Part shown: in pieces, positions 36,358-46,352 of the stretch | Layout: every line of letters starts with the position of its first letter | Position numbering within the stretch: the first letter of the stretch is position 1 | Assembly (NCBI GenBank): GCA_030535915.1 | Contig: JAUNQZ010000003.1 | Location: 1-46,461, forward strand | DNA length: 46,461 bases | Reading direction: 5' to 3' | Source: a bacterium | GTDB lineage: Bacteria > Verrucomicrobiota > Kiritimatiellia > RFP12 > DVOR01 | The notes under the pieces: model-generated | What the model was told of the DNA's origin: nothing | The model's database searches: none | Seen by the model: only the letters and a program-made list of their open reading frames with translations | Translations under genes and position numbers: made by a program

Positions 36358-37638
36358 TTAACACTGATTAAAAATAGGACAAGTTGCACAAAAGACATGG
36401 TCATTGTGACAAAAGTCATGATAAATTTGAAGAAGACCTTGCTGCCGAAGTGAATCTTTGGGAAGGCCTTTAAGCGTTCCCGTAAGATGCATCCAAACTT
36501 CTCGCATGGGTGCTGAAATAGATTCGCCTGGCAAATCATTCAAAAGTGTTGGTGAGAGCGTCCCTGTTGCAAGCCGATAGGGAATAAAGAGGTTATTCAC
36601 GAGAGCATTTGCACGGGTAGTGCCAATTAACATTCCTTTGAGTTGGAGGTCATCCGCGAGAGTCATCGAAGCTTCTTGAATAGCATCTGACAACACATGT
36701 AAAGACAACTCAAATAGGTGTGAAATCGCATTTAAAACCCCTACCCCTCCTGCAAGCCGACGATAAGGATGATTTTGAGGTCGTAAAGCTCTCATATCCC
36801 ACTTAAAGGGTTCCAATGGAGGTTGACATCCACTTTGCCACCATAAATCCCACAATTCGCGTTGTTCAGGTTGCAACAGACCTGCGATACCAGCAAGCAC
36901 GGCAAAGCGTTGTTTCACAGGGAAATCCACAAGCGTTTCAAAGGGAACTTCCTGAGCCAATCGCATAAAGGCATCGGCATTGCGTTGATACCCCATCGCA
37001 CGAAGGAGCCCTTCATAAAAAACTTGAAAAGGAGCTGTTCGATGCGTTTTTTCGAGAAATTGTTTAGCTTTTTGAAGGAAACGATGATACCCCGCACTTG
37101 TCAAAAGACGATCCGTGACTCCCGGTTTTGTTGAGAGACATTGGCAAGGCGCTGAGGCGTCTCGTGTTGTTGAAAATGTAATTTTTGAGAAATCAAAGGG
37201 GGCACCTTTTTGCTCAAGAAGTGGTTTCAACGCGAGTGTAGCAATCTGTGAGGGAAGCGTCTTTGCGGGAGGTGTCTCCTCCCATGTCACATGCAAAACA
37301 ACAGCATTGTAATCGGGATTTTTATGGTGTTGATGCGTATCCCAATCGCGTGGTTGACGATGAATCTCTATATCCCCTCTTTGGAGGCATCCGTTAATCG
37401 CAAAAAGTGCATTCTTAAAATCTGGTCCATCGCCATGATTCCATAGACCTTTTTCAAGGAGAACAATCGGTGTACCATCTGTGAGAGTAAGAAATTCGGG
37501 TCGCAACGAATCATCATTCCAAAGGGCTTGTAGATGTGCCTCGGATGGACAAACTGGTGCTTCTAAACAACGCACCTCACCTCGCACTGAAAGCATTTCA
37601 GTGTAAGGTGAAGCGAACCGCTCAAGTTGCGTTAACAT
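36358..37638 (-). CDS. DUF2851 family protein
   Basis: GLWNHGDGPDF, GDIEIH, HHKNPDYNAVVLHV, RPQNHPYRRLA and the C-terminal QQGLLQIYHDFC…CATCPI. Confidence 0.85.
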   Translation of the reverse strand: MLTQLERFASPYTEMLSVRGEVRCLEAPVCPSEAHLQALWNDDSLRPEFLTLTDGTPIVLLEKGLWNHGDGPDFKNALFAINGCLQRGDIEIHRQPRDWDTHQHHKNPDYNAVVLHVTWEETPPAKTLPSQIATLALKPLLEQKGAPFDFSKITFSTTRDASAPCQCLSTKPGVTDRLLTSAGYHRFLQKAKQFLEKTHRTAPFQVFYEGLLRAMGYQRNADAFMRLAQEVPFETLVDFPVKQRFAVLAGIAGLLQPEQRELWDLWWQSGCQPPLEPFKWDMRALRPQNHPYRRLAGGVGVLNAISHLFELSLHVLSDAIQEASMTLADDLQLKGMLIGTTRANALVNNLFIPYRLATGTLSPTLLNDLPGESISAPMREVWMHLTGTLKGLPKDSLRQQGLLQIYHDFCHNDHVFCATCPIFNQC

Positions 37639-37646
37639 AGATGTAT

Positions 37647-38585
37647 TTAGAAAAAGCGCCTACGAGAGAAGAAAATCACAGTCAACAGGACAAATAGCAT
37701 TGCAATGCCAAGAATGACAAAGAAGCCAAGCGATCCTGCTCCAGAGAAAGGCAACCATGTATTCATCCCAAAGACCGATGCAATCAACATTGGAACCGTC
37801 AACACAATGGTCATGGAGGTTAAGAACTTCATGACATTGTTGAGGTTATTGCTAATAATGGAGGCAAACGCATCCAATGTGCCCGTCAAAATGTTACTAT
37901 GAATCGTTGCCATCTCAAGCGCTTGTTGATATTCAATGCGAACATCTTCAAGGACATCAAGATCGTCTTCGTCAATATCCAATTGACGCGTAGTGCGAAT
38001 ACGGCCAAGCAAAATGTCGTCTGCTTTCAAAGAGGTCGTAAAGTAAACGAGCGATTTCTCAATATTCAGCAAACGCATGAGGCCTTCATTCGAAATCGAC
38101 TCATGAAGTTCTTGTTCCACCATATCTGCACGCGAACGAATATCACGAAGATAACGCAAGTAGAGAATCGCCGCATGCCAAAGCAAATGGAAGGTAAAGC
38201 GAAACTTTTGTTCGGGTGGACAAACGCGTCGGATTTGATCCAAGAAGGAGGCCGCAATCGGTGTTGAGCGGTTACACACCGTAATCACAGCATTGGAGGT
38301 ATGCACCACACCGAGCGGGAGCGTATTAAAGGGATGAAGATTTTCATTGGGCTCATGATACGGTACATGGACAACGATAAGAATGGTCCCATCGTCGTCA
38401 ATGTCCATACGTGGCCGTTCGTCTCGGTCGAGCGGATCAGAGAGGAATTCACGCGAAACACCCGTGAGGGTTTGCACACGCAAGATTTCTTCTGTCGATG
38501 GGTCGGAGAGATTAATCCAACATGGCCCATCGGGTGTAACAACTTCACGCAAGCTGCCATTGACCCACTGGTAGATTGAAAGCAT
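37647..38585 (-). CDS. corA: CorA family Mg2+/divalent cation transporter
   Basis: WINLSDP, DPLDRDERPR, ISNNLNNVMKFLT, FGMN signature, two C-terminal TMs. Confidence 0.93.
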   Translation of the reverse strand: MLSIYQWVNGSLREVVTPDGPCWINLSDPSTEEILRVQTLTGVSREFLSDPLDRDERPRMDIDDDGTILIVVHVPYHEPNENLHPFNTLPLGVVHTSNAVITVCNRSTPIAASFLDQIRRVCPPEQKFRFTFHLLWHAAILYLRYLRDIRSRADMVEQELHESISNEGLMRLLNIEKSLVYFTTSLKADDILLGRIRTTRQLDIDEDDLDVLEDVRIEYQQALEMATIHSNILTGTLDAFASIISNNLNNVMKFLTSMTIVLTVPMLIASVFGMNTWLPFSGAGSLGFFVILGIAMLFVLLTVIFFSRRRFF

Positions 38586-38587
38586 GT

Positions 38588-39313
38588 TTAACGCCCTCCT
38601 TTACCATCCTCACCAAAGAGGTAAATTTCAATCCCTTTCGGCTTGCGACGCTTAAACCAAGAGTAACCCTTTAAAACCCACAAACGCCGCAATTTAAAAT
38701 GCTTACGAAGCAATTCTTTACGCTCTTCTGTAAGTTCCTCTCGCACACGATACCAATGTTTATAAACACCTGAAATATCGGCCATCTTAAGAATTCGCTT
38801 GATAAAGGGAAAAATCCACCAACGCAATGTCACACCAGCCTGAAAATCTAAAAGACCCGGACGACCATCTTCCAAAATCAAAACATTTTTAGAATTACGA
38901 TTGTCCAAATGCGTCACCTTACGACGATGCATTTCATGAACCATTGCCTCGAGTTCTTCAAAATAAGCCTCTGGAAGCGGAGGAATGGTAGGATCCAATT
39001 GACAGCGATCATTATAGGCGCTCAAGGTTTCCCCGGGGAGCAATTCCATCGCGAAGGAATAAGCATCAATGCGTTGTAATTTTTGTGGAATACCATGCAT
39101 GCCATCAAGACGTTTCATCAAGGCATATTCATGAGCAATCATCCAACGTCCCCAGGTCCAACGAATCCACCACGGACTCTTACGGAAATCTTTAACAACG
39201 CGTGGACCATCAGGCGTTTCAATACGATAAACACGCGCATTACCAGCACGCCCTTTGCTCAAGCAAACGACATCCTTCTCTTCCCAATCTTTTCGTGTTA
39301 TCACATATGCCAT
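38588..39313 (-). CDS. RIO1/Kdo-like atypical kinase
   Basis: VVKDF (Lys), HLDNRNSKN (catalytic loop), LLDFQ (metal-binding Asp). Confidence 0.8.
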   Translation of the reverse strand: MAYVITRKDWEEKDVVCLSKGRAGNARVYRIETPDGPRVVKDFRKSPWWIRWTWGRWMIAHEYALMKRLDGMHGIPQKLQRIDAYSFAMELLPGETLSAYNDRCQLDPTIPPLPEAYFEELEAMVHEMHRRKVTHLDNRNSKNVLILEDGRPGLLDFQAGVTLRWWIFPFIKRILKMADISGVYKHWYRVREELTEERKELLRKHFKLRRLWVLKGYSWFKRRKPKGIEIYLFGEDGKGGR

Positions 39314-39340
39314 AACGCACCTCGTAAAAATGTTTCATCT

Positions 39341-39370
39341 ATTTTATCACAAGAGAAGAAGAAAAATCAA
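39341..39370 (-). promoter_or_regulatory. Sigma-70 promoter for the kinase-corA-DUF2851 unit
   Basis: On the - strand TTGATT-N18-TAAAAT with a TG extension, then a GAGGTG RBS. Confidence 0.5.
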
Positions 39371-39382
39371 ACAAAAACACCG

Positions 39383-40294
39383 TTAGACACGCTCCTTCAA
39401 ACGCTCAATAAGTTGTAGAAATAACGCCTCCGGGGTAGAGGCCCCTGAGGTTACTCCAATGCGTTTGATCTGTGAAATGTCTAATCCATCGACGCCTTCT
39501 GGTTTATCAATTAAAAAGGCTTGGCAACCTTCCTTTTGAGCGACTTCCACGAGACGACGAGAATTGGAAGAATTGGGCGAACCCAAAACAAGGACGCAAT
39601 CAACATTTCGGGCGAGTTGAGATACCGCGCGTTGCCGTTCTCGCGTAGCATAGCAAATGTCTTTGAAATTTGGATGAATCAATGTATACCCAGCAGATTC
39701 AAGCGCGGTTTGACATTCCACAAACATTTCATCACTAATCGTCGTTTGGCTAAGAAGTACAAGCATGCGTTCATTTGGCCAACGCGTTTTAAGGATTTCA
39801 ACATCTGCTTTGGATTCAATCACTTCAATTTGTTCAGGGGCTTCACCAATAACCCCAACGACCTCATCATGCCCTTTGTGTCCAACAAGTGCAATATGAC
39901 AATGGCGTGAAGCAAAATCACGCGCCTCTCCATGTACCTTTGCAACAAAAGGACAGGTCGCATCAACAATATCCAACTTACGGGCACGTGCTTCTTCCCA
40001 AATCTGTGGAGAAACCCCATGTGCCGAAAACAGCACACGCGCCCCCTCTGGAATCGTTGCAATCGCATCCACAAAAATCGCACCTCGTGACTTCATCTCT
40101 GCAACCACATGTTGATTATGTACAATTTCATGAAAACACCAAAGCGTCTCATTCGGATATTCATCAAGAATGCGATTGGCGATTTTCAACGCACGATCAA
40201 CACCCGTACACATGCCATGGGGTTGAGCAATTTCAATTCGTAGCCCACCCTTAGAATATAAGCTTTCGGTCGTCATAGTTTCCACGATGAGCAC
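39383..40294 (-). CDS. ispH: 4-hydroxy-3-methylbut-2-enyl diphosphate reductase
   Basis: Three Fe-S cysteines (GMCTGV, DATCPFV, DICYAT), plus IVHN, SAHG, GHDEV and SSNS. Start may be ATG 40276. Confidence 0.96.
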   Translation of the reverse strand: MLIVETMTTESLYSKGGLRIEIAQPHGMCTGVDRALKIANRILDEYPNETLWCFHEIVHNQHVVAEMKSRGAIFVDAIATIPEGARVLFSAHGVSPQIWEEARARKLDIVDATCPFVAKVHGEARDFASRHCHIALVGHKGHDEVVGVIGEAPEQIEVIESKADVEILKTRWPNERMLVLLSQTTISDEMFVECQTALESAGYTLIHPNFKDICYATRERQRAVSQLARNVDCVLVLGSPNSSNSRRLVEVAQKEGCQAFLIDKPEGVDGLDISQIKRIGVTSGASTPEALFLQLIERLKERV

Positions 40295-40296
40295 CT

Positions 40297-41988
40297 TTAG
40301 GGATTATGTCCTAAAACTTCCGAGAGTTGTTCTAAGAGGAGTGGCAAAAGTTGTTTCTTACGCGACATAATCCCCTTGCAGAGGTAAAGCCCCGAACGCG
40401 TATGCTTGGGGAAAGGAATCTTCTCCAAGAAACGCGTATCCCCAACCACAAGGAGCAAGGAGTTCAACGCTGTAATATCCGTCACCATTAGTGCCGCAAA
40501 GAAGAGCTTCTCATGTTTGCACTTTTCTTCGAGTGCATGTCGCAAGGCCGGCAAACGAGGTTCAAGTTCTGCAAACGAACTACTTTCAAGCTGAGCCACA
40601 GAGAAGGTCACCCCCGCCTCATGATAGAGTTTTGCATCAAGATTAAGGAGTTTTTCTTCAGAGAGATCAATAATACGAGCCCCATGTGCAAAGATATCAC
40701 TTGCAAGTTCCGAAACCTCAAGATTGAGTAAGCCGGCGAGATATTCTGCCATTGCACGATCAACATCGGTTGTTGTCGGCGATTGCAATGCAAGTGTATC
40801 GGTGATAATTGCCGACAACAACAACCCTGCAATTGCAGGCGTAAGAATAGCCTTTTGCTCCTGATAAAGGCAAGCCACAATCGTTGAGGTTGAACCAACG
40901 ACACGATTAATAAAGTTAATCGGTTCTCGCGTAGGGAAGTTCCCAAGTTTATGATGGTCAATAATCTCAATGATGTGGAATTGGTCTAAACCTTCAGCAC
41001 CGAGCGAGAGTTCATTATGGTCCACCATAATAATATCCACATTCGGTTGCTTATAAAGGTCGCGTTCATTAATCACTCCAACCACTTTACCCTCACGATT
41101 CACAACGGGTAATGAACGCGTTGGAGAGGTTTGAACCATCGGCAAAATGGTTCGTACAGCATCATTGGTCGAAATCGGTTTTACAGCATTCTTGGCACTG
41201 GTCATTGCACTTACTGGCATAGAATAAAGTGCCAAATAAATCGTGCTTGCGATATCATAAGGCGAGCTCAACACCGAAATATGGGCCTCCTTCGCCAATG
41301 CATAAAGATCCTTGGAAAGCGACTGACCATTTGTCAAAACAATGGCGCGCACCTTATATTGCAAGCAGAGTCGCACAATCGACTCACGATTCTCAACAAT
41401 CGCAATCGCATTGGTCGGCATCTCAATTTTGAGCACTTCCTCAAAGGTCTCCTTCGTAGAGCCCGCCACAAGAATACGACTCTTAATCACCGTTTCCGCA
41501 TTAAACGAAAGCAACACTTGTGCACGCAATGTATGTGCAAGCAAGTTAATACTCGCAGGAATAATAACCTTACGGTGAGGATCCGTTTTATGAACAATAT
41601 TTTCCGTAAAGGTATGGTGCGAAAGATACGCTTGGTAATGCCCCTCAATATCAACCACCGGAATTGCAGGCACACGATTCTTATCCATAATTAGAAGCGC
41701 ATCCCACAAGGCACTCTTGGCTTGCACCGTCACCGGTGTTTTCTCAAGAAAATGCTCTACTTTCGGATACATATCAGGAATAAAAATCGGCGCCTCCACA
41801 CCAAAGCGACGAAGGATATATTCCGTTTGAGGGGTCAACTTACCCGCACGCGCAGGGAGACAATTCGTATACCCTTGTTGACGCTTCAACTCCGCATAAG
41901 CAATTGCAGAAACAATCGAGTCCGTGTCAGGATTACGATGACCAATAACAATGATTTTTTTCTTTAAAGGATCTTCGGGTTGCATCAT
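40297..41988 (-). CDS. ppaC: Mn-dependent inorganic pyrophosphatase, family II, with CBS-DRTGG insert
   Basis: GHRNPDTDS, MVDHNE, IIDHH and GIMSRKKQ motifs, with a CBS pair flanking a DRTGG-like domain. Confidence 0.93.
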   Translation of the reverse strand: MMQPEDPLKKKIIVIGHRNPDTDSIVSAIAYAELKRQQGYTNCLPARAGKLTPQTEYILRRFGVEAPIFIPDMYPKVEHFLEKTPVTVQAKSALWDALLIMDKNRVPAIPVVDIEGHYQAYLSHHTFTENIVHKTDPHRKVIIPASINLLAHTLRAQVLLSFNAETVIKSRILVAGSTKETFEEVLKIEMPTNAIAIVENRESIVRLCLQYKVRAIVLTNGQSLSKDLYALAKEAHISVLSSPYDIASTIYLALYSMPVSAMTSAKNAVKPISTNDAVRTILPMVQTSPTRSLPVVNREGKVVGVINERDLYKQPNVDIIMVDHNELSLGAEGLDQFHIIEIIDHHKLGNFPTREPINFINRVVGSTSTIVACLYQEQKAILTPAIAGLLLSAIITDTLALQSPTTTDVDRAMAEYLAGLLNLEVSELASDIFAHGARIIDLSEEKLLNLDAKLYHEAGVTFSVAQLESSSFAELEPRLPALRHALEEKCKHEKLFFAALMVTDITALNSLLLVVGDTRFLEKIPFPKHTRSGLYLCKGIMSRKKQLLPLLLEQLSEVLGHNP

Positions 41989-42000
41989 ACAAGTCCTCCT

Positions 42001-43014
42001 TTAAGTACGACGATAAGCTTCAATCGGTTTATGTTCTGGAGCAGGTGGTGTAACAAAGCACATGCCCTTTTCGACCGCATTACCACACATCCACGCAGCC
42101 ACATCCATAGGCTTACCACCTTCTGGCTGAACTTTTATCAAACGCAAAGCACCATCCACCGTTCTTACAACAACCGCTGTCTTTGAGGCTTGAAGCACCG
42201 TCCCAGGCGCAAGCTTCGTCTCCGCAACAGAAACAGGATACGCCTCCGCCGCAAGAATTTTCAACATCTTCCCCGCAGATTTATGATTCTCGGGCATAAA
42301 TGTGTAACACGAGGGCCACGGTGTATAAGCACGAATTTTACGCAAAGAAAACTCCGTTGCATCACTCCAATGAAGCAATCCATCACTCTTCTTAATTTTG
42401 TAAGCCGTTGTGACAAGCGCGGGGTCTTGGCGAACCGGCTTCACCTTGAAATACGCCCATAATGGCAAGACCTTTGCCAAAAGATCCGCCCCCATATCCG
42501 CAAGGCGATCATGGAGACTCTCAAGCGTATCTTCAGGCGTAATGGCAGTTTCAGAAGTCATTAAGACAGGCCCCGAATCCATCCCTTCATCCATCAACAT
42601 CGCAGAGGCACCTGTAACCTTATCTCCCGCCAGTAATGCCGCATGAATTGGCGACGCACCTCGATAACGAGGTAATAACGAAAGATGAATGTTAATACAT
42701 CCCATCGTGGGAATATCTAACAAGCGCTTCGATAAAAATTGTCCATAAGCAACCACCACAATAACATCCGGCAACCAAGCCGCAATGCGTGCAAGACTCT
42801 CAGGTGCATTCACACGCTCCGGGGTCAAACAAGGAATGCCCGCCTGATCCACAAATGCTTTACATGCACACGGCGTCAATTTTTTACTGCGTCCTGCGGG
42901 TTTATCGGGTTGCGTTACACAACCAACGACTTGAATCGTATCGGTCTCACGAACAAGGCGCTGAAGCATCGTTGCAGAGAGGTCGGCGGACCCCATAAAA
43001 ACAACTCGTATCAT
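42001..43014 (-). CDS. fmt: Methionyl-tRNA formyltransferase
   Basis: VFMGS, VTQPDKPAGR, VAYGQ, NIHLSLLPRYRGASPI, GMDSGP and QPEGGKPM motifs. Confidence 0.97.
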   Translation of the reverse strand: MIRVVFMGSADLSATMLQRLVRETDTIQVVGCVTQPDKPAGRSKKLTPCACKAFVDQAGIPCLTPERVNAPESLARIAAWLPDVIVVVAYGQFLSKRLLDIPTMGCINIHLSLLPRYRGASPIHAALLAGDKVTGASAMLMDEGMDSGPVLMTSETAITPEDTLESLHDRLADMGADLLAKVLPLWAYFKVKPVRQDPALVTTAYKIKKSDGLLHWSDATEFSLRKIRAYTPWPSCYTFMPENHKSAGKMLKILAAEAYPVSVAETKLAPGTVLQASKTAVVVRTVDGALRLIKVQPEGGKPMDVAAWMCGNAVEKGMCFVTPPAPEHKPIEAYRRT

Positions 43015-46000
43015 AGTCTCGTTCCTTTCTCTTGTAGCCGTTGGTAGCGGTCTTCAATCTCTTGACAAAGCGTCTTCTCATCCTCCGAACAAGCGTCCAT
43101 AAGCAGAGGCGAAATCTCCCTTGCCAAACATAAATGATGATAGGCGAGCGATGGATCTTCATACACATGATAATAGCAAGCCTTCATCCAATGGAGAGCC
43201 GCCGAAGTACTAAAACGCTCTTCGCCTTCTGCAAGAAGGCTTTTAGCGAGCGGACGATGCTGATAGTCCAAGGCGACTTTTACAATCTCTAAAAGTTCTC
43301 TCTCCGTAAAGTGTTTGTACATCTCTGCAGGCATCTTTGCAGCGATCTCATAAAGCAATTCCGGAGTCTCCAATCGCATCACCAAACGAATTACCTCCAT
43401 AAGGTGTGTCGGCGGGATGAATCGCTCCGCAAAACCCCATGCCACTTCGCGTGCCTCATCCAAGGCATGCAATTGCAAGCAAGCTTCAATATACAAACAG
43501 CGTTCGTTGATGGAAATTGTACCGCGATTAAGCGAAAGTTGCAAGCATTTACAACATTCAAGCGCTTTTTTCTCTTCTTGGATTGTAGCCAACAATTGCA
43601 CCAAGGCTTTATTTTCAGGGTCATTTTCTTCTGCCGCACGCAACATCCGCAAGGCGTTTTCATAATTTGAAAGTGGCATCTTCGTCCCCTCAAGCGCAAG
43701 CGCTCGCAAGAGAAAAACTTCTACATAATCAATTGTAGAATCAATAGGATACGCAGACATTGCAGTGATTAAAGAACAGTACGACCAATGAATCTCTCCT
43801 TGCTGTCGATAGAGGGAAGCAAGGGCGCGTTGCAATGCCGTAAACTGCTTTCGCGCAGGCGCATCACGGAGATAAGCGGAATGTTGACTGAGATAGCGTG
43901 AATACCAATCCCAAAAGTCAACATCGCGCATTCCAACAGCACGCGTCTGCGGCGTCTGAGTCGCAACTTTAAGTGCCAATCCTGAGGGCTCCAATTGACG
44001 ATAAAGCGCTGGATAAGGTGCCCGCGATTCTAAATAAAAAGGAACCGATGCATTCTTTTCGAGAACCCAATGTAACAACAAGGCCTCTAACTTCTCCTGA
44101 TCCGTTGTCGCCTCCGCCGTCAACCACGCATACTCCTTAAAATGAAGGCGATGTTGCAAACCTTCCACCGTCTCCTCCGAAGGCAACTGAATTCCCGCAT
44201 AAGCAGGCCACCGCTCACGAGCCGCTTGTGCAAGTTCATCCGCCCAATGTGCATGCGCAAGCACCCGCACATCCGGTCGCACATCAATGACTTGCGTCAT
44301 GTAATACGGCACAAAAGAAGAGGTCAACATCACCGCATCGCGTTCAATAGGCGGCGGCCAAAAGGGATCCGGCAGAGGTTCATCATCTTCCGTCAAAAAA
44401 CGCTCCAAACGCGAAGCCCCCTCCAACGCAACCGCCCCCCATTGCCAAGCAAAAAAGTGTCCTCGAGCCTCCGGAGCCAGACGCATTGTTCCTTGTCCAG
44501 CCCCCACATAAGTACGAAAAACACCCCACCCTAAAAAGAGCACCAACCCACTCACCAAGCAAAGATACCCCCATCCCCACGGAGGCCCCTCTAAGCGTCG
44601 TAACAACTGCACCGAAGGTATCGCAACAAGACCCCCTATCCCAAAAATAAACAATGCCTCTAATCGATGTTGCAAAAGATTCGGCTGCAACAGCGGCTCC
44701 TCTGGAAGCAACAAAAAGACAAGACAACAACAAAGCACCCACACCATCAAAAAGACAAGCCACCGCACGCGATACCGACCCACACCATAGAGTCCCATGA
44801 CCACAAATCCAACACTCCCCCAAAAGAGCACCCCTAACCCATCCCCAAAACACAACTGACCAAACATTTCAAAAATGGCGACAAAAGTTGCCCGTGTGGG
44901 CAATCCCAAGCCTACGCCATCAGCAAACAAACGATGAAATCCAACCCACGAAAAAGGCGCCCCCCACTGTTCAGGCGACACCCCTAAACAACTCACCAAC
45001 GGCACATAAAGATAAAAGAGACAACCCGCCAAAAGCAAAAGAATACACATCATCGCCCCACGTCCACACAACAACCACCGACGCCCCATCACCAATAAAC
45101 ACCCCACCCAAACCAACGGCCACCAAAACCACCACAACCGTGGATGCGTCAACCCAACCATAAACCCATGCTGATATAAAAATAATAACCCCACCTGTAC
45201 AAATGTCACCGCAAGCGCATAACGCCGAGAACGATGAAACCGAAGACACATCCCCCACAACACCACAAGCGCAAACAAATGAATCCCCCATGTCGACACA
45301 AAAGAATACAACGTCCCCTTAAATGACGGCGAAAGAACATACGACACCGTTGTAATCGCATGTAGCAAAACACCAAAAAAAACAACCCCCGACAATAAAA
45401 CACCCAACCACCAATGCCCCGTTACCCTACGCGAAATAACCGCAGAACGATGCAACCGAGGCCACAAAAAAAGACTCCCCACACCAACAACAAACAGCCC
45501 CCAAAAAGCAAAATAATACCCCCTCGGCAAAAACGCCAACGGTAACACCCCATGCATCGCACATGCCATCGGCCGCGCCAAAGCAACCCCCTCCACCAAA
45601 TGCCCCTCATACGCAGAAGGCAACGCCCCAATAAGCAACAAATGAGCCGTCAAACCAAGAGGAATTAAAAACGACAACAACGCCTTCGCCAAAGGACGAT
45701 GCGCCACAAACACCATCCCCCACAACGGCACCCCAAACCATAAAAACGACATCCCATTCGTTAACCCAATCCCAAACAAAAATAATAAGACACCCAAAAC
45801 ACTCGCCGTTGGACACCTCAAAAACCGATAACTCCAAAAAAGAATCCCCACAAATAGCAACATCTCCCACGCATCAACACTAGCCCGTACCGCACAAGAC
45901 CACATCAATGGAGAAAACGCAAACAACAACGCCACACAACAACTCACAAAACAAACATACGACGGCAACCATCCCTCATCCCCCTCACGCTGCCGCACAA

Positions 46001-46352
46001 ACAAACAATCCATCAACACCAACCAAGCCAACCGAGCAAAAAGCCCAACCGCCCAAGCACCACAAAAAGCAGAAAACACCCCCAACGACCATGCAGGATT
46101 CACCTCACCCCCCCACGACACCCATCCAAAAAGCATCGTAAAAAGATTCCCAATAATCGTCCAAACAGGATAACCCGGAGGCGCCGAAATCCCCCATGTA
46201 CTCGCAGCTACAACCGAATGATTCGAAAATCCAAACCCAACCCCATTCCCCAAAGTCACCACATACACCAACAATGCCACCACACTACTCACCCAAAAAG
46301 CGAGCCCTTCAAAACGACATCCACCCGTTGATATACCCTCTCTCATTACCAT
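43011..46352 (-). CDS. DUF2723/TMEM260-like multi-TM GT-C-type membrane protein with C-terminal TPR-like region (divergent)
   Basis: PPGYPVWT motif after TM1, FAFSPLMWS.A, YLYVPL and W.GF segments, many TMs, helical C-terminus. Start uncertain (TTG 46370, ATG 46352 or ATG 46346). Confidence 0.8.
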   Translation of the reverse strand: MVMREGISTGGCRFEGLAFWVSSVVALLVYVVTLGNGVGFGFSNHSVVAASTWGISAPPGYPVWTIIGNLFTMLFGWVSWGGEVNPAWSLGVFSAFCGAWAVGLFARLAWLVLMDCLFVRQREGDEGWLPSYVCFVSCCVALLFAFSPLMWSCAVRASVDAWEMLLFVGILFWSYRFLRCPTASVLGVLLFLFGIGLTNGMSFLWFGVPLWGMVFVAHRPLAKALLSFLIPLGLTAHLLLIGALPSAYEGHLVEGVALARPMACAMHGVLPLAFLPRGYYFAFWGLFVVGVGSLFLWPRLHRSAVISRRVTGHWWLGVLLSGVVFFGVLLHAITTVSYVLSPSFKGTLYSFVSTWGIHLFALVVLWGMCLRFHRSRRYALAVTFVQVGLLFLYQHGFMVGLTHPRLWWFWWPLVWVGCLLVMGRRWLLCGRGAMMCILLLLAGCLFYLYVPLVSCLGVSPEQWGAPFSWVGFHRLFADGVGLGLPTRATFVAIFEMFGQLCFGDGLGVLFWGSVGFVVMGLYGVGRYRVRWLVFLMVWVLCCCLVFLLLPEEPLLQPNLLQHRLEALFIFGIGGLVAIPSVQLLRRLEGPPWGWGYLCLVSGLVLFLGWGVFRTYVGAGQGTMRLAPEARGHFFAWQWGAVALEGASRLERFLTEDDEPLPDPFWPPPIERDAVMLTSSFVPYYMTQVIDVRPDVRVLAHAHWADELAQAARERWPAYAGIQLPSEETVEGLQHRLHFKEYAWLTAEATTDQEKLEALLLHWVLEKNASVPFYLESRAPYPALYRQLEPSGLALKVATQTPQTRAVGMRDVDFWDWYSRYLSQHSAYLRDAPARKQFTALQRALASLYRQQGEIHWSYCSLITAMSAYPIDSTIDYVEVFLLRALALEGTKMPLSNYENALRMLRAAEENDPENKALVQLLATIQEEKKALECCKCLQLSLNRGTISINERCLYIEACLQLHALDEAREVAWGFAERFIPPTHLMEVIRLVMRLETPELLYEIAAKMPAEMYKHFTERELLEIVKVALDYQHRPLAKSLLAEGEERFSTSAALHWMKACYYHVYEDPSLAYHHLCLAREISPLLMDACSEDEKTLCQEIEDRYQRLQEKGTRL

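Noticed and set aside
44383-46141. Several Thr/Pro-rich (+) and Gly/Val-rich (-) alternative ORFs
   Set aside because: By-products of the compositional skew, which removes stop codons. All overlap the DUF2723 CDS.
44450-46350. Diversity-generating retroelement target (adenine depletion)
   Set aside because: No reverse transcriptase and no TR/VR repeat pair in the window. The skew covers about 2 kb at the 5' end and affects C as well as A, unlike a short 3' variable region.
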